From the NCBI GenBank assembly GCA_031549415.1, contig JAVBPU010000014.1, positions 7,982 through 71,981 on the forward strand: 64,000 nt of DNA, in the 5' to 3' direction. The translations under genes were made by a program, and so were the position numbers. A model generated the notes under the pieces. That model made no database searches and was not told the DNA's origin. It was given only the letters and a program-made list of their open reading frames with translations. The DNA comes from Eubacteriales bacterium. GTDB lineage: Bacteria > Bacillota > Clostridia > Christensenellales > Aristaeellaceae. Shown here one piece after another: positions 8,295 to 19,044 of this stretch; the first letter of the stretch is position 1, and each line of letters opens with the position of its first letter.

Positions 8295-10420
8295 TCGTCG
8301 TCATCCTCGTGCTTGGTTGCCTGCACCTTGTGGCGGCAGGTTTCATTGGCGCACAGATGGATTACCTCTCCCTTTTTCCCCCGTTTTTCCACCATGTAGT
8401 GGCCACACTGGGGGCATTTGTCCAGGATGGGCATTTCCCAGCTCACAAAATCGCATTCCGGGTATTTTTCGCAGCCGTAAAATTTGCGGTTCTTCCGGCT
8501 GGTTTTTTCCATCAGGCGCGCGCCGCACTTGGGGCAGGGCGCTTTGATGTAATGTAGAATGGGCTTCGCGTTCCGGCAGGCCGGAAAGTTGGGGCAGGCC
8601 AGGAACTTGCCGAACCGGCCCATTTTATACACCATCATAGCGCCGCACTTATCACAGGCCACATCGCTGACCTCGTCCTTGACCTCCACCTTTTCAATCT
8701 GCTCTTCCGCCACGTCCAGCATTTTTTCAAACGGCGGATAAAATTCCCGAAGGATCTGTCTCCACTCTGCGGTGCCTTCCTCCACCGTGTCCAATTTGTC
8801 CTCCAGAGAGGCGGTAAACTCCGTATCCACAATGGGCGCAAAGTATTCCGTCATCATGCTGGTGACCATCCGGCCCAGTTCCGTGGGAAACAGGCGCTTC
8901 TTCTCCCGGGCCACATAGCCCCGGGCGATGATGGTGGTGATGGTGGGCGCGTAGGTGCTGGGGCGGCCAATGCCTTTTTCTTCCAGCATCTTCACCAGGG
9001 ACGCTTCCGTATACCGGGCAGGCGGCTGGGTAAAGTGCTGGTTGGCGTCCACGCTTTGGATCTCCACCTTGTCCCCTTCTTTAAGCATGGGCATGGCGGA
9101 TTCCGGGGCCTCCTCCGCGTCATCCTCACTTTCAATGTATACAATCCGGTACCCCGCAAAGGTCATGTGCTCGCCATAATAGCGCAGTTCCACCCCATCG
9201 GCTTTCATCTCCAAGGTCAGGGTCTGGAACACCGCCGGCGGCATCTGGCTGGCCACAAACCGGGTATAAATAAGCTTATACAGGCCAAATTGTTCCTTGG
9301 TCAAAAAGGCCTTCACCGTTTCCGGCGCGTGGACCATATAGGTGGGGCGGATGGCTTCGTGGGCGTCCTGCGCGTTTTTACGGCCTTTGTATTCATTGGG
9401 TTTTTCGGGGCAATAGTTTTCCCCATATTGCGCTTTGATCTGCTCCCGCACGGCGGTGATGGCTTCCGCGCTGACCCGGACGCTGTCCGTACGGATGTAG
9501 GTGACCAAACCCACGGTACCGGCCTTGCCCAGGTCAATGCCTTCATACAGCTGCTGTACCACCTGCATGGTTTTGGCCGTGGAAAAATTCAGCTTCCGGC
9601 TGGCTTCCTGCTGTAAACTGGACGTGGTAAAGGGCGCTCCGGGATAACGAAGCTTCTCCCCCACCTTCACTGCGGAAACGGCGAACTTCGCCTTCAAAAT
9701 GCGTTCCTTGGCCGCCAAAGCGTCTTTTTCGTTGGTGATGGAGGCCTTCTTCCCATCCAGACCCACCAGCTTGCTTTGAAAGCCAATCTTCTTCCCCTTG
9801 GCGCCCTGGGCGGTGGAATTGGCCAGCACATCCCAATATTCCTCGGGAAGAAAGCTTTCGATTTCCAGCTCTCGCTCCACCACCATGCGGGTGGCTACGC
9901 TTTGCACCCGGCCTGCGGAGAGGCCCTTTTTCACCTTGGCCCACAAAAGCGGGCTGATTTTATAGCCCACCAGGCGGTCCAAAGCGCGGCGGGCCTGCTG
10001 GGCGTCCACCCGCTGCATATCAATGGGACGCACATGATCAATGGCGTCCTTCACCGCTTTTTTGGTGATTTCGTGAAACTCGATCCGGCAGGGCTTGCTG
10101 GGATCAATGTCCAGCAAATTGGCCAAATGCCAGGAAATAGCCTCCCCTTCCCGGTCAGGGTCCGTGGCCAGGTAGATCATGGAAGCGTTCTTGGCTTCCT
10201 TTCTGATCCTTGCCAAAATGTCGCCCCGACCACGAATGGTGATGTATTTCATGTCAAAATCACGGGTGGTATCCACCCCGATCTGCGACTTGGGCAAATC
10301 CCGCACATGCCCCTGGGATGCCTCCACCTTATAGCCTTTCCCCAAAAACTTTTCAATGGTTTTGGCCTTGGCGGGTGATTCCACGATCACCAGTTTGGGG
10401 TTGCTGGTCGTTGTTGCCAT
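8291..10420 (-). CDS. topA: DNA topoisomerase I
   Basis: TOPRIM N-terminus [18 protein letters not shown]. Active-site region. C-terminal Cys4 zinc ribbons (CDKCGAMM..., CPKCGARL..., CPQCGHYM). Confidence 0.95.
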   Translation of the reverse strand: MATTTSNPKLVIVESPAKAKTIEKFLGKGYKVEASQGHVRDLPKSQIGVDTTRDFDMKYITIRGRGDILARIRKEAKNASMIYLATDPDREGEAISWHLANLLDIDPSKPCRIEFHEITKKAVKDAIDHVRPIDMQRVDAQQARRALDRLVGYKISPLLWAKVKKGLSAGRVQSVATRMVVERELEIESFLPEEYWDVLANSTAQGAKGKKIGFQSKLVGLDGKKASITNEKDALAAKERILKAKFAVSAVKVGEKLRYPGAPFTTSSLQQEASRKLNFSTAKTMQVVQQLYEGIDLGKAGTVGLVTYIRTDSVRVSAEAITAVREQIKAQYGENYCPEKPNEYKGRKNAQDAHEAIRPTYMVHAPETVKAFLTKEQFGLYKLIYTRFVASQMPPAVFQTLTLEMKADGVELRYYGEHMTFAGYRIVYIESEDDAEEAPESAMPMLKEGDKVEIQSVDANQHFTQPPARYTEASLVKMLEEKGIGRPSTYAPTITTIIARGYVAREKKRLFPTELGRMVTSMMTEYFAPIVDTEFTASLEDKLDTVEEGTAEWRQILREFYPPFEKMLDVAEEQIEKVEVKDEVSDVACDKCGAMMVYKMGRFGKFLACPNFPACRNAKPILHYIKAPCPKCGARLMEKTSRKNRKFYGCEKYPECDFVSWEMPILDKCPQCGHYMVEKRGKKGEVIHLCANETCRHKVQATKHEDDDE

Positions 10421-10449
10421 GCTTGTTCCTCCTCTATCCGATACAGGTT

Positions 10450-11538
10450 TTACAGCGCCTTGGAAAACAAATTCCCGGCCCCCCGTAAGACCTGCCCCAT
10501 GATCTCCATCATGCTCAGCTCCGCAATGAGCGAAGCAGGTTCCCTTCCGATGATGTGGCTTAGCTGTTCAATGCCGAGCGGCTCTTTTTGAAGCGCCTGT
10601 AAAATGGCAGCCTGCAAGGTGGAAACGGGCGCTTCCCCCTGGCTTTCCTCCTTATGGAAGTGCGCTAGCTCCAGGCACAAATCCTCCAGCACATCCTGCG
10701 CGCAGGTGGCCACCCTGGCCCCTTCCCGCAAAATGGTGTGGGGGCCTTCCGCCCCAAAGGTCCCCACCTGCCCCGGCACCGCAAAGACCTCCCGGCCCTG
10801 GGCCAAGGCGCTGGCCACGGTCAGCATGCCCCCGCTTCTTACCTTTCCTTCCACAAATACCAGGGCGTGGCTGAGACCGGAAATGACCCGGTTTCGGTGA
10901 GGAAAGTGATAGGTGACAGGCCCCGCGTCCAGGGGGTATTCGCTGATCACCAGGCCGCTACCGGCAATGGTGCGCATCATGCCCGTGTTTTCGGGGGGAT
11001 AGGGCACGTTCAGCCCGCTTCCCAGCACCGCGATGGTGGCGCCTTCCGCTTGCAGTGCGCCCTCATGGGCGCAGCTGTCAATGCCCCTGGCCATGCCGCT
11101 GACCACCGCAACCCCCACTTCGGCCAGACCCCGGGCGATGGAAATGGCCATCTCCCTACCATAGCGGCTGGGGTCCCGGGTGCCCACCACCGCCACCGCC
11201 GGCCGGCGGAGCGCAGCCAGGTTTCCCGCATAATACAGCAAGTAAGGCGGATCGTCAATACCGGCCAACAGCTCCGGATAGGCCGGGTCGTCCCGAAACA
11301 GCAGGCCCACCCGCATTCTTTCTAGCCGCTCCCAAAGAGCGTCCAGAGCCTCCCGATCATGAAGGCGGCAGAGCACCTGAAAGGGTTTGTCCTTGAATTT
11401 CAGCCTGTCATCCTTCCCAAAGGCCTCCCAGATGCCCTGGGCCGATCCGTACGCCTCCACCAGGCCCAGCACCCGGTCCGCGGAAATTTCCGCCGCAGAA
11501 AGCCAAAGCAGGCATTTTTGTTCCGCTGTCAAGGGCAA
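10450..11538 (-). CDS. dprA: DNA-processing protein DprA (Smf)
   Basis: VAVVGTRDPSRYGREMA...VVSGMARGIDSCAHEGAL Rossmann-like DprA core. Conserved position upstream of topA. Confidence 0.9.
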   Translation of the reverse strand: MPLTAEQKCLLWLSAAEISADRVLGLVEAYGSAQGIWEAFGKDDRLKFKDKPFQVLCRLHDREALDALWERLERMRVGLLFRDDPAYPELLAGIDDPPYLLYYAGNLAALRRPAVAVVGTRDPSRYGREMAISIARGLAEVGVAVVSGMARGIDSCAHEGALQAEGATIAVLGSGLNVPYPPENTGMMRTIAGSGLVISEYPLDAGPVTYHFPHRNRVISGLSHALVFVEGKVRSGGMLTVASALAQGREVFAVPGQVGTFGAEGPHTILREGARVATCAQDVLEDLCLELAHFHKEESQGEAPVSTLQAAILQALQKEPLGIEQLSHIIGREPASLIAELSMMEIMGQVLRGAGNLFSKAL

Positions 11539-11544
11539 CCCGGC

Positions 11545-13077
11545 TCACCTCCAAAACTGACCGTCCACGTTCCGAAACTGAATGGCCTGCGCCACGTCCT
11601 GGACGGTGATCTCGTCCCGGTCCTCCAAGTCCGCCAGGGTTTTGGCCACCTTGCGGATGCGGGCGTGGGCGCGCATGCTGAACTGGAAATTGGACGCCGC
11701 TTGCATCAGCAGCTTTTGGGCCTGGCTGCCCAACCGGCAGTATGTCTCCACGCCTTCCTGAGGCAACTGCGCATTGCAAAAGTAGGCTTCCCGCCGGTAG
11801 CGCTCCTGCTGGCGCTGGCGGGCTTTTAGCACCCGGGCCCCCACGGTGGCGCTGTCCTCTTGGTGGCCTGTGGCCTCCATCTCCTCCACAGACACCGCGT
11901 CCATTTCCACCTGCATGTCCATGCGGTCCAGCAGCGGCCCGCTGATCTTGCCCACATATCGCCTGATTTCTGCTCCGCTGCAACGACAATGCTTGGTGCG
12001 GGAGCCATAATTCCCACAGGGGCAAGGGTTCATGCCTGCCAGCAGCATGCAACGGCATTGATACTCCGCCTGGGAGGCCGCCCGGATCACCCGCACCATG
12101 CCATCCTCCAGGGGCTGCCGCAGCGCCTCTAGCGTGGGCCGCAGGAATTCCGGCAGTTCGTCCAAAAACAAGACGCCGTTGTGAGCCAGGGAGACTTCGC
12201 CCGGGCGGGCTCGGGTCCCTCCGCCGATCATGGCAGGCAAAGAAATGTTATGGTGGGGCGAGCGGAACGGCCTGGCGGTCATCAGCCCTTCATTTTCGCC
12301 CAGCGTTCCAGCCGCGGAATGAATCAGCGTGGTTTCCAGAGCCTCTTCGTAAGTGAGCGGCGGCAAAATGCCCGGCATGCACCTGGCCAGCATGGTCTTT
12401 CCGCTGCCGGGGATGCCCACCATCAGCAGGTTGTGCCCGCCCGCCGCCGCCACTTCCAGGGCCTTGCGGGCCATGGCTTGGCCTTTCACGTGCTTTAGGT
12501 CCGCCCCCACTTTCCGGGCCCCCAGTAGCGTTGCGTAGGGGATGGACTCTTGCCGTTTCAGCGGCTGCTTGCCCTGTAAATGCGCAATGGCCTGGCCCAG
12601 CGTCTCGGCTGGATAGATCTGGACGCCCTCCACGCAGGCCGCTTCCCTGGCGTTTTGCATTGGCAGGATCACGCTGCTGATCCCCTGTTCCTTGGCAGTA
12701 ATGACCATGCCCAAGGCCCCGTGAATGGGCATCAGCTTTCCTTCCAGCGACAGCTCCCCCAGCAGCAGGGTATCCGAAAGGCCCTGGTAGGCTTCCGGCT
12801 TCTCCGCCGCCAGCAACGCCATGGCAATGGCCAATTCAAAGCTGGTTCCTTCCTTGCGCACGTCCGCCGGAGCCAGGTTCACCGTCACCTTTTGAAAGGG
12901 CCAGGGAAACCCGCTGCTCAGCAACGCGGCACGGATGCGGTCCCGGCTCTCCTTCACGGCGGCGCTGGGCAGGCCGACAATCTCAAATCCCACCAGGCCA
13001 TTGCTCAAAAAGGCCTCCACCTGCACCAACAGGCCCTGGACGCCGCTGAGGCCACAGGAAAGGGTCTTCGCCAGCAA
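11545..13077 (-). CDS. YifB/ComM-family Mg-chelatase-like AAA+ ATPase
   Basis: Lon-like N-terminal domain. Walker A GIPGSGKTMLARC. HNGVLFLDELPEF. Cys-rich CPCGNYGSRTKHCRC insert. Confidence 0.9.
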   Translation of the reverse strand: MLAKTLSCGLSGVQGLLVQVEAFLSNGLVGFEIVGLPSAAVKESRDRIRAALLSSGFPWPFQKVTVNLAPADVRKEGTSFELAIAMALLAAEKPEAYQGLSDTLLLGELSLEGKLMPIHGALGMVITAKEQGISSVILPMQNAREAACVEGVQIYPAETLGQAIAHLQGKQPLKRQESIPYATLLGARKVGADLKHVKGQAMARKALEVAAAGGHNLLMVGIPGSGKTMLARCMPGILPPLTYEEALETTLIHSAAGTLGENEGLMTARPFRSPHHNISLPAMIGGGTRARPGEVSLAHNGVLFLDELPEFLRPTLEALRQPLEDGMVRVIRAASQAEYQCRCMLLAGMNPCPCGNYGSRTKHCRCSGAEIRRYVGKISGPLLDRMDMQVEMDAVSVEEMEATGHQEDSATVGARVLKARQRQQERYRREAYFCNAQLPQEGVETYCRLGSQAQKLLMQAASNFQFSMRAHARIRKVAKTLADLEDRDEITVQDVAQAIQFRNVDGQFWR

Positions 13078-13097
13078 AGGCTTCCCTTCTTTCCGCT

Positions 13098-16000
13098 TTA
13101 GTAATACAGGCCCTTAAACCATTGCATGGCTTCCATCCATGAATTGGGAGTCAGGATACCGGAGGCAAACGGGAAAAAGGCAATGAACGCCACCACCGCC
13201 AGCGCCACAAAGCCCCACATCACCCCATAGCGGAGCCGGGGCTTGCTTTCCGGCAAAAAGTTCATCACCCAGGCCGTGGCCAAAATGATGAAGGGCACGC
13301 TGGCAAAATAGTGATAAATGTACATGGAGCGCGGCACCAGCACCCAGGGCAAGTACTGAGCCATGAACCCTACCACCAGCACAGGCAGCGCCATATCCCC
13401 ATCCGTGCTGCGCAAATGGAGGCCGCGCCGCAAGGATATGTACTTGTGGAGGAACAGCCCAAAGACCGCCACCATGCAAAGCGCACCCACGTAGAAAATG
13501 ACGGGGTTTCCCATGCACAGGATGGTGGAGGAGAAGCCTGCGGGTTCAAACTTGTCCTGGTTGAACCACATGGGCTTGAGGATAAAGGGCCACTGCCACC
13601 AGGGCGACTGGAAGGGATGGTTCATGCCCAAACCCGGCGTGCTATGGTAGCTGAGCATGCCCGTTTGCGCGTTCATCAACCGTTGCAGCGTCACGGCCCC
13701 GGTGGGGGCCAGGTACGGGATATAGCTGAGATAGTAGATCAGCGCCGGGACGGCAAGGAAGAACACCAGGCAGAACCCGCAGGTGATGAAAATCCGCTTC
13801 AAGGCAAATTCTTGGGCGTTTTGCACCCGGTCCTTTTGCCCCTGGGTCAGCGGTTTTTCCTGTTCTGTATCACTGTACTCAAAAGCGATGTTGCCCATGC
13901 GGTATTGACGGAAAATCGCCACAAAAAACAGCACCGCCAGGCCCACTGCGGAATAGAGGCCAATCCACTTGCTGGCGATGGACAGCCCCATAAACAGGCC
14001 GCTGAGCCCCAGGGGGATCAGGCTGCGCCAGAGGGTCCGGTTCAGCAGTTTTTGGGGCTGCGTTTCCGGCAGGGCAAAAACATCCGTCATCATATACCGG
14101 GCCATGCACAAATAGCTGAGCAGAATGAACAATACAGGGAACGAGTCAATGGTGGCGATGCGGGTTTGGGTAAAATGCATCAAATCAAAGGTGAGAAGCA
14201 GCATGGCAAAGGTGGCCAAGTCCCGGCGGCGGGTCAACTGCTTGGCCAACAGGTACAGCGCCGGCAGCATCAGCACGCCCACAAAGGCCCCTGCGAACCG
14301 CCAGCCAAAGGGCGTCATGCCAAACACCGCGATGGCGGCGGACATCATCAGCTTGCCCAGCGGCGGGTGGGTGGTTTCGTAGGGGGGCTGCCCGTGCAAA
14401 TGTTCATAGGCCGTGCGTGCGTGATAAATCTCGTCAAAATAGGTGCCATTGAACCAGCTGGGTTCCCCTTCCATGGTGTTTTGCTCATCCAGCAGGTTTT
14501 CCGGCGGCTTTTCGGAGGTGAGGACAGCGGTTTTCGCCCCCGTATGACCCACCACCTGCATGGGAAGGACCTGGCCCTGGCTGTTGCGGGCGATGATCTC
14601 AAACAGGTTCAGCCCCGCGCTGCCCGCCGTAAGGCGCAGGTATTTCCCTGTAAGCCACAAAATGTTGTCCGGGTTGTTATCCATAAAGGTCCCGTGTGCG
14701 CCTTCCACCTCTTTGATGGCGTATTGCCAGCGGTAGCACAGGCCTTCTCGCATGTCGCAGGCGTATTCCTGGGACCAGTTCACGTTGTCCTGGCTCACCG
14801 CCACACTAAAGTTGCTGTAGCTGACCCCCGCATAGTACACCAGAGAAAAGGGCTGCGCGGCGTCGATTTCAAAGACGATCGCCTCCTCCGGGGAGGTGGC
14901 GACCCACCCGGTTTGCGGGGCCTTCATGCTGCCCAGGTTAGAAAAGGTCAGGCAAGCGTACAGAACCGTCACAACACCCATGATGAGCCAATCCTTGCCG
15001 GACAGGTGCAACCTGGCATCCCTGGGGGACAGCAAGCCCTCACGGTACGCCGTGGTATGGGGCTTTTGCACCGGCGCCTGTTCCGCCGCCGCATCGCTCC
15101 ACGCTTTGCTGGCCCGAACCCCGGAAAAGCTGACATAGCCCGCAAAGAGGCAAAGCAGCAGGTTCATCACAGCCAGCGTGATGTTTACCAGCAAGGTATC
15201 ATTGTTCAAATGCCCACTGGGTGCGCCAAACAAAATGGAATTGTCCAGCACAATGGCGGTATTGATGAAGGTGGTGACGGAAAATCCCACGCAGAGCCCC
15301 AACATGCGCTTATCCCTGGTGGCGGCATAGGCCATCAGAAGCAGGGGCAGGGCCAGGAACAGGTACCGTTCATGAATTTTGATCCCCAGTACATATACGC
15401 CAATCAGCGCCAGGGCCATATAGAACGGCAGCTTTTCCGGCGAATGGTCCAGGAAGCAGCATACCGCGGTCCACAGAAAAACAAACACCATCAAAATCGT
15501 GCCAAAGGTCCCGTAGGAAACTCCCGCCAGCGCCAGCACCGCCAGCAGCATGCCCGTCACCGCGCAGGATAGCCCCAGAAAAAAATGCTTTTGAAGCTTA
15601 TTCCGGCCCGTATCCTCCACAGCCAAGGCATTTCTTTGCGAGGTCTGGATTGCTTTCTTATTTGCTTTCCGGCTCGCTTTCCCGATTGTTGTTAGGGCCG
15701 CTTTCTTGGCAAAAGCCCCCCTTCGCAAGCTAACGACTACCTGCCACCCCCCCACCGCCGCCAGAAGCAGACCCGTGGTCAGGCTCTGGCCCAAGGGCAT
15801 CAGAACATCCACATTGACCCAGTTAGCGGCAAAGAGATAATAGAGGTTGGCCGTGTTCAGCGTAGCGTACCCGTAGGAGCCCAGGGTTTCCCCATACAGG
15901 CCCACCAGCCACAGCAGCGGCTGCTGCTTATGCAGCGAAAAGGGCAGCGCCACCAAGAGCGCGCAGCCTATGGAGAGGATCAGGCCCCAAAGAACCTGCA

Positions 16001-17366
16001 CAAACTGCCGGCTTCTTTTGGCGTCCATCACCAGGGAGGCCACCAGCCACAGGAGGCCCACCGGGGCCAATAATAGCGCCTGGGGCTTTACCAATGCGCC
16101 CACCACGAACAGCGGAAGCGCCACTTTCCACTTCCGCTCCATGGCAAAATAGGCCGTGACCATCATCAAAAATGCCAGCACGGAGTCCATCTGGCCCCAG
16201 GCCGCGCCGTTGACCAGCGTGGCCGGGTTCAAGGCATACAGCAACGAAAGCAGCAATGCCGCCTTCATCGAAATCCGCTTCTTTGCAAAGGCAAACAGGA
16301 ACAGTGCCCCCACCATGTCCAGCAAAATCGGGGTGAGCTTCACCACCAGCCGCACCATGTCCATCTGATTGGGCGGGACCAGATGCAGCAAAAGCCCAAT
16401 GGGCCAAAGAAGCAACATAGCACCCGGAGGATAATCGCAAAAATACCCTTCTTCATAAAACTTGGTGGGGCCCACTTCCGCCATGCGCAGGCTCCAGGCC
16501 CTAAAGCAGTTGATGTCCACCTCGTACCCATGGACGTTTGCGGCCAGCACCACGCGCAAGGCCATGGCTGCAAGCAAGAATAGGCCAAAGACAAGAAGGA
16601 CACGCCATTCTTTCTTTTTTAAGCCCTCGGGCGCAGGCAGCTCCTGCGGGGTGTCCCATAGGGAGCCGCAAACCAGCACCAGCATCACAAACAACCCGCC
16701 TAGGAGCACAAACCAGCCTGTGCTCTTGGTGGGCTGACCCGTACCTGCCTCCTGCACGGCAGGGGCTTCCGTTTTGGTTTTGTACCAGATTTCCGCCACC
16801 ATGCCCGCAGGCAAGGCGCTCACTTTTTCAACCGCGATATCATCAAAATAGGCTTTGCCCAGGCTTTCCGCCCCGTAACCACCCACGCGTACACCAATGG
16901 AGGCTGTATGCTGGCCCGGTCCGGTTTCCCCGTAGCATTCCACATATTTCCACTGTCCGCCCGTGTCAAACAGGCCCAGGCTGTGTGCGTACAGGTCTTC
17001 CAGGGCCAGGTTGGCTCCGTTGCCCTTTGGCTCCATGTCCTCCACAAAAATGTACCCAGAAAACCGATACAAGCTTTCCGGCTGCACCACGATGTTGCAC
17101 ACAAAGCGGGCGTCATTTTCATTGGCGTTTTCCACCAGGGCGCTATAGCTGCCTGTATGGGCCTTTTCATCCGTCGCAACGATGCGGGAATAGCCTTGCT
17201 GGGCACGGTAGGCCGAGGCAAACCAGTCTGCTGGCTTCCCTTCCCCCGTCAAGGTTTCAAACCCTCCGTTGGGCACCAGGTTCTGGCTCCCTTCGGCTAA
17301 GCCGGAGGACACAAGAACCAGCATCAGCACACAGAGCCCGATCAGCCAGCATTGCTTCTTTTTCAC
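13098..17366 (-). CDS. Giant membrane glycosyltransferase fusion: CBM4/9-like module, Gpi18/DUF2029-like GT-C core, discoidin-like module, and GT39/PMT-like GT-C core (1,422 aa)
   Basis: GTG at 17366 (SD AAGGAG 6 nt upstream, GTGA overlap with the rnhB stop). Signatures: NLVPNGGFE...YFDDIAVEKV; YEVDINCFRAW; NFSVAVSQDNVNWSQEY...LNLFEIIARN; FDEIYHARTAYEHL; HPFQSPWWQWPFILKPMW. More than 20 hydrophobic spans. The track ORF start at 17651 was rejected because it overlaps rnhB. Confidence 0.8.
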   Translation of the reverse strand: MKKKQCWLIGLCVLMLVLVSSGLAEGSQNLVPNGGFETLTGEGKPADWFASAYRAQQGYSRIVATDEKAHTGSYSALVENANENDARFVCNIVVQPESLYRFSGYIFVEDMEPKGNGANLALEDLYAHSLGLFDTGGQWKYVECYGETGPGQHTASIGVRVGGYGAESLGKAYFDDIAVEKVSALPAGMVAEIWYKTKTEAPAVQEAGTGQPTKSTGWFVLLGGLFVMLVLVCGSLWDTPQELPAPEGLKKKEWRVLLVFGLFLLAAMALRVVLAANVHGYEVDINCFRAWSLRMAEVGPTKFYEEGYFCDYPPGAMLLLWPIGLLLHLVPPNQMDMVRLVVKLTPILLDMVGALFLFAFAKKRISMKAALLLSLLYALNPATLVNGAAWGQMDSVLAFLMMVTAYFAMERKWKVALPLFVVGALVKPQALLLAPVGLLWLVASLVMDAKRSRQFVQVLWGLILSIGCALLVALPFSLHKQQPLLWLVGLYGETLGSYGYATLNTANLYYLFAANWVNVDVLMPLGQSLTTGLLLAAVGGWQVVVSLRRGAFAKKAALTTIGKASRKANKKAIQTSQRNALAVEDTGRNKLQKHFFLGLSCAVTGMLLAVLALAGVSYGTFGTILMVFVFLWTAVCCFLDHSPEKLPFYMALALIGVYVLGIKIHERYLFLALPLLLMAYAATRDKRMLGLCVGFSVTTFINTAIVLDNSILFGAPSGHLNNDTLLVNITLAVMNLLLCLFAGYVSFSGVRASKAWSDAAAEQAPVQKPHTTAYREGLLSPRDARLHLSGKDWLIMGVVTVLYACLTFSNLGSMKAPQTGWVATSPEEAIVFEIDAAQPFSLVYYAGVSYSNFSVAVSQDNVNWSQEYACDMREGLCYRWQYAIKEVEGAHGTFMDNNPDNILWLTGKYLRLTAGSAGLNLFEIIARNSQGQVLPMQVVGHTGAKTAVLTSEKPPENLLDEQNTMEGEPSWFNGTYFDEIYHARTAYEHLHGQPPYETTHPPLGKLMMSAAIAVFGMTPFGWRFAGAFVGVLMLPALYLLAKQLTRRRDLATFAMLLLTFDLMHFTQTRIATIDSFPVLFILLSYLCMARYMMTDVFALPETQPQKLLNRTLWRSLIPLGLSGLFMGLSIASKWIGLYSAVGLAVLFFVAIFRQYRMGNIAFEYSDTEQEKPLTQGQKDRVQNAQEFALKRIFITCGFCLVFFLAVPALIYYLSYIPYLAPTGAVTLQRLMNAQTGMLSYHSTPGLGMNHPFQSPWWQWPFILKPMWFNQDKFEPAGFSSTILCMGNPVIFYVGALCMVAVFGLFLHKYISLRRGLHLRSTDGDMALPVLVVGFMAQYLPWVLVPRSMYIYHYFASVPFIILATAWVMNFLPESKPRLRYGVMWGFVALAVVAFIAFFPFASGILTPNSWMEAMQWFKGLYY

Positions 17367-18016
17367 AGTTTGCTCCTTGTTTCTGAAATGATGTTCTGGA
17401 GAAAGCTTGTCCGATGTTGAGCCGTGGGGCCCAGGCTGCGGATCGCATCCATATGCGCCGCCGTTCCATAGCCCATGTTGCTGGCCAGGCCATAGCCCGG
17501 AAACTCGCTGTCCATCCTGGCCATCATCCTGTCCCGGGTCACCTTGGCCACGATGCTGGCCGCCGCGATATGATAGCTGGTGGCATCCCCATGCAAGATG
17601 GGCTTCACAGGAAAGGGCAAATGCAGTCCCTGCACCGCGTCCACTAAGCAAAGGGTGGCTGGGGCCTTTTCCGCCGCCCGCTCCATGGCCAGCTTGGTGG
17701 CGTTTAGGATGTTCAGCCTGTCAATCTCCTCCACGCTAGCCTGTCCTATCCCCACATACAAGGCGTGGGCCTGGATTTGCCCGTACAGCTCCTCCCGCCT
17801 GGCCGCCGATAGCTTCTTGCTGTCGTCCATCCAGGGAAACAGCGGCTCTTTGGGCATGATGACGCAAGCGGTCACCACCGGGCCAAACAGAGGGCCACGG
17901 CCTACCTCGTCCATACCTGCCAGCGAGGTTCCAAAGGCTGAAAAGCCTTGATCAAAGGCTACCATCTGTTCAAAATGAGCCATCCGTTTCGCCGAGGGCG
18001 CGCTAACTTTAGCCAT
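17363..18016 (-). CDS. rnhB: Ribonuclease HII
   Basis: GMDEVGRGPLFGPVVTACV and IAAASIVAKVTRD motifs. Downstream of rbgA, as in the Bacillus ylqF-rnhB arrangement. Confidence 0.92.
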   Translation of the reverse strand: MAKVSAPSAKRMAHFEQMVAFDQGFSAFGTSLAGMDEVGRGPLFGPVVTACVIMPKEPLFPWMDDSKKLSAARREELYGQIQAHALYVGIGQASVEEIDRLNILNATKLAMERAAEKAPATLCLVDAVQGLHLPFPVKPILHGDATSYHIAAASIVAKVTRDRMMARMDSEFPGYGLASNMGYGTAAHMDAIRSLGPTAQHRTSFLQNIISETRSKL

Positions 18017-18914
18017 GGGGCTGCTCCTTTACAGGGGCTTGCGACGGCTGCTCCAGCGTGATGCGGCCCACTTTCCCCTCCCGGAATTCATCCAGCACCA
18101 CGGCACAGGCACGGTCCATATCAAAAACGCCGCCTTTCATCAAAAAGCCCCGGCCCCTGCAAACCTCTTCCAGCAGGGCATACCCCTTGGCTTCCGGCGT
18201 TTTGATTTTGTAGCGCTCCATGGCGGCCTTGGGCATGCCCTGCAAAAGCGCTTCCAGCAAATGGATGCACAGGGCTTCCTGGTCATACACCGCATCTCGG
18301 ATGGTACCGATGTACGCCAGGCGGATGGCCGCCAGCTTGTCATTCATTTTAGGCCACAGCATGCCCGGCGTATCCATCACTTCCAAGTAGGGGTTCACCT
18401 TCACCCATTGGTTGGCCCGGGTGACCCCTGGCTTGTCCGCCACGCGGGTGATGCCGCTGCCGTATAAGCGGTTGATGAAGGTGCTTTTGCCCACATTGGG
18501 GACACCAATCACCATGGCGCGGATCGTCTTTTGCATCCCGCGGCGCAGGCCCCGCTGGATCACTTCATCCGCCGCCTTTTCAATGAGGGCCTTGGCCTCC
18601 TTGGTTTTCTGCGGCGAGGTATCATATTCCATCACGTCCAAGCCCTGGGAACGAAAATAATGAAGCCAGCGCTTGGTGGCCTCCGGCTGGGCCAGGTCCG
18701 CCTTGCACAGCAACAGCACCCGGCGCTTCTGCCCCAACAGGTGGTTCAGGTCCGGGTTGCGGCTGGAAAGGGGCAGCCTGGCGTCGCACAGTTCCACCGC
18801 CAGGTCGATCTTGGAAAGCTGCGCTTGCAACAGGCGCTTTGCCTTGGCCATATGCCCAGGATACCATTGAATCTCCAACGCAATTCCCCCATTCCCCGCT
18901 TTTTTCCATGCCAA
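18009..18914 (-). CDS. rbgA: Ribosome biogenesis GTPase A (RbgA/YlqF)
   Basis: IQWYPGHMAKAKR, circularly permuted GTPase motifs (LLCKADL, GVPNVGKST, DTPGMLWP). The true start may be an internal TTG just before IQWYPGHM. Confidence 0.88.
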   Translation of the reverse strand: MAWKKAGNGGIALEIQWYPGHMAKAKRLLQAQLSKIDLAVELCDARLPLSSRNPDLNHLLGQKRRVLLLCKADLAQPEATKRWLHYFRSQGLDVMEYDTSPQKTKEAKALIEKAADEVIQRGLRRGMQKTIRAMVIGVPNVGKSTFINRLYGSGITRVADKPGVTRANQWVKVNPYLEVMDTPGMLWPKMNDKLAAIRLAYIGTIRDAVYDQEALCIHLLEALLQGMPKAAMERYKIKTPEAKGYALLEEVCRGRGFLMKGGVFDMDRACAVVLDEFREGKVGRITLEQPSQAPVKEQPHG

Positions 18915-19044
18915 CTTATTAAATCATTCTTTCCCAAAAATAGCAAGGGGAAAAGGCGTGATTCCTTTTCCTAAACCCTTATGCAGTAAGCAATATATTG
19001 ATTTTTTAGCAAAGGTAACCCCTTCCTTTTCATTTGTGTTTTCT

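Noticed and set aside
13311-15572. Very long antisense ORFs in the track: 753 aa at 13311..15572 (+), 538 aa at 18958..20574 (+), 467 aa at 47951..49354 (+), 263 aa at 3838..4629 (+) and many others.
   Set aside because: Each lies opposite a gene with clear family motifs. Their translations are low-complexity and Arg/Gly/His/Pro-rich, as expected for stop-poor antisense frames in high-GC DNA. None has an SD plus start context or a recognisable domain.
17367-17651. N-terminal extensions offered by the ORF track, for example the GT-C gene from 17651, hslU from 4949, dCMP deaminase from 29941, asp23 from 56934 and ricT from 38081.
   Set aside because: The extensions overlap upstream genes and lack SD sequences. 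Internal starts with strong SDs coincide with the conserved N-termini of the families.
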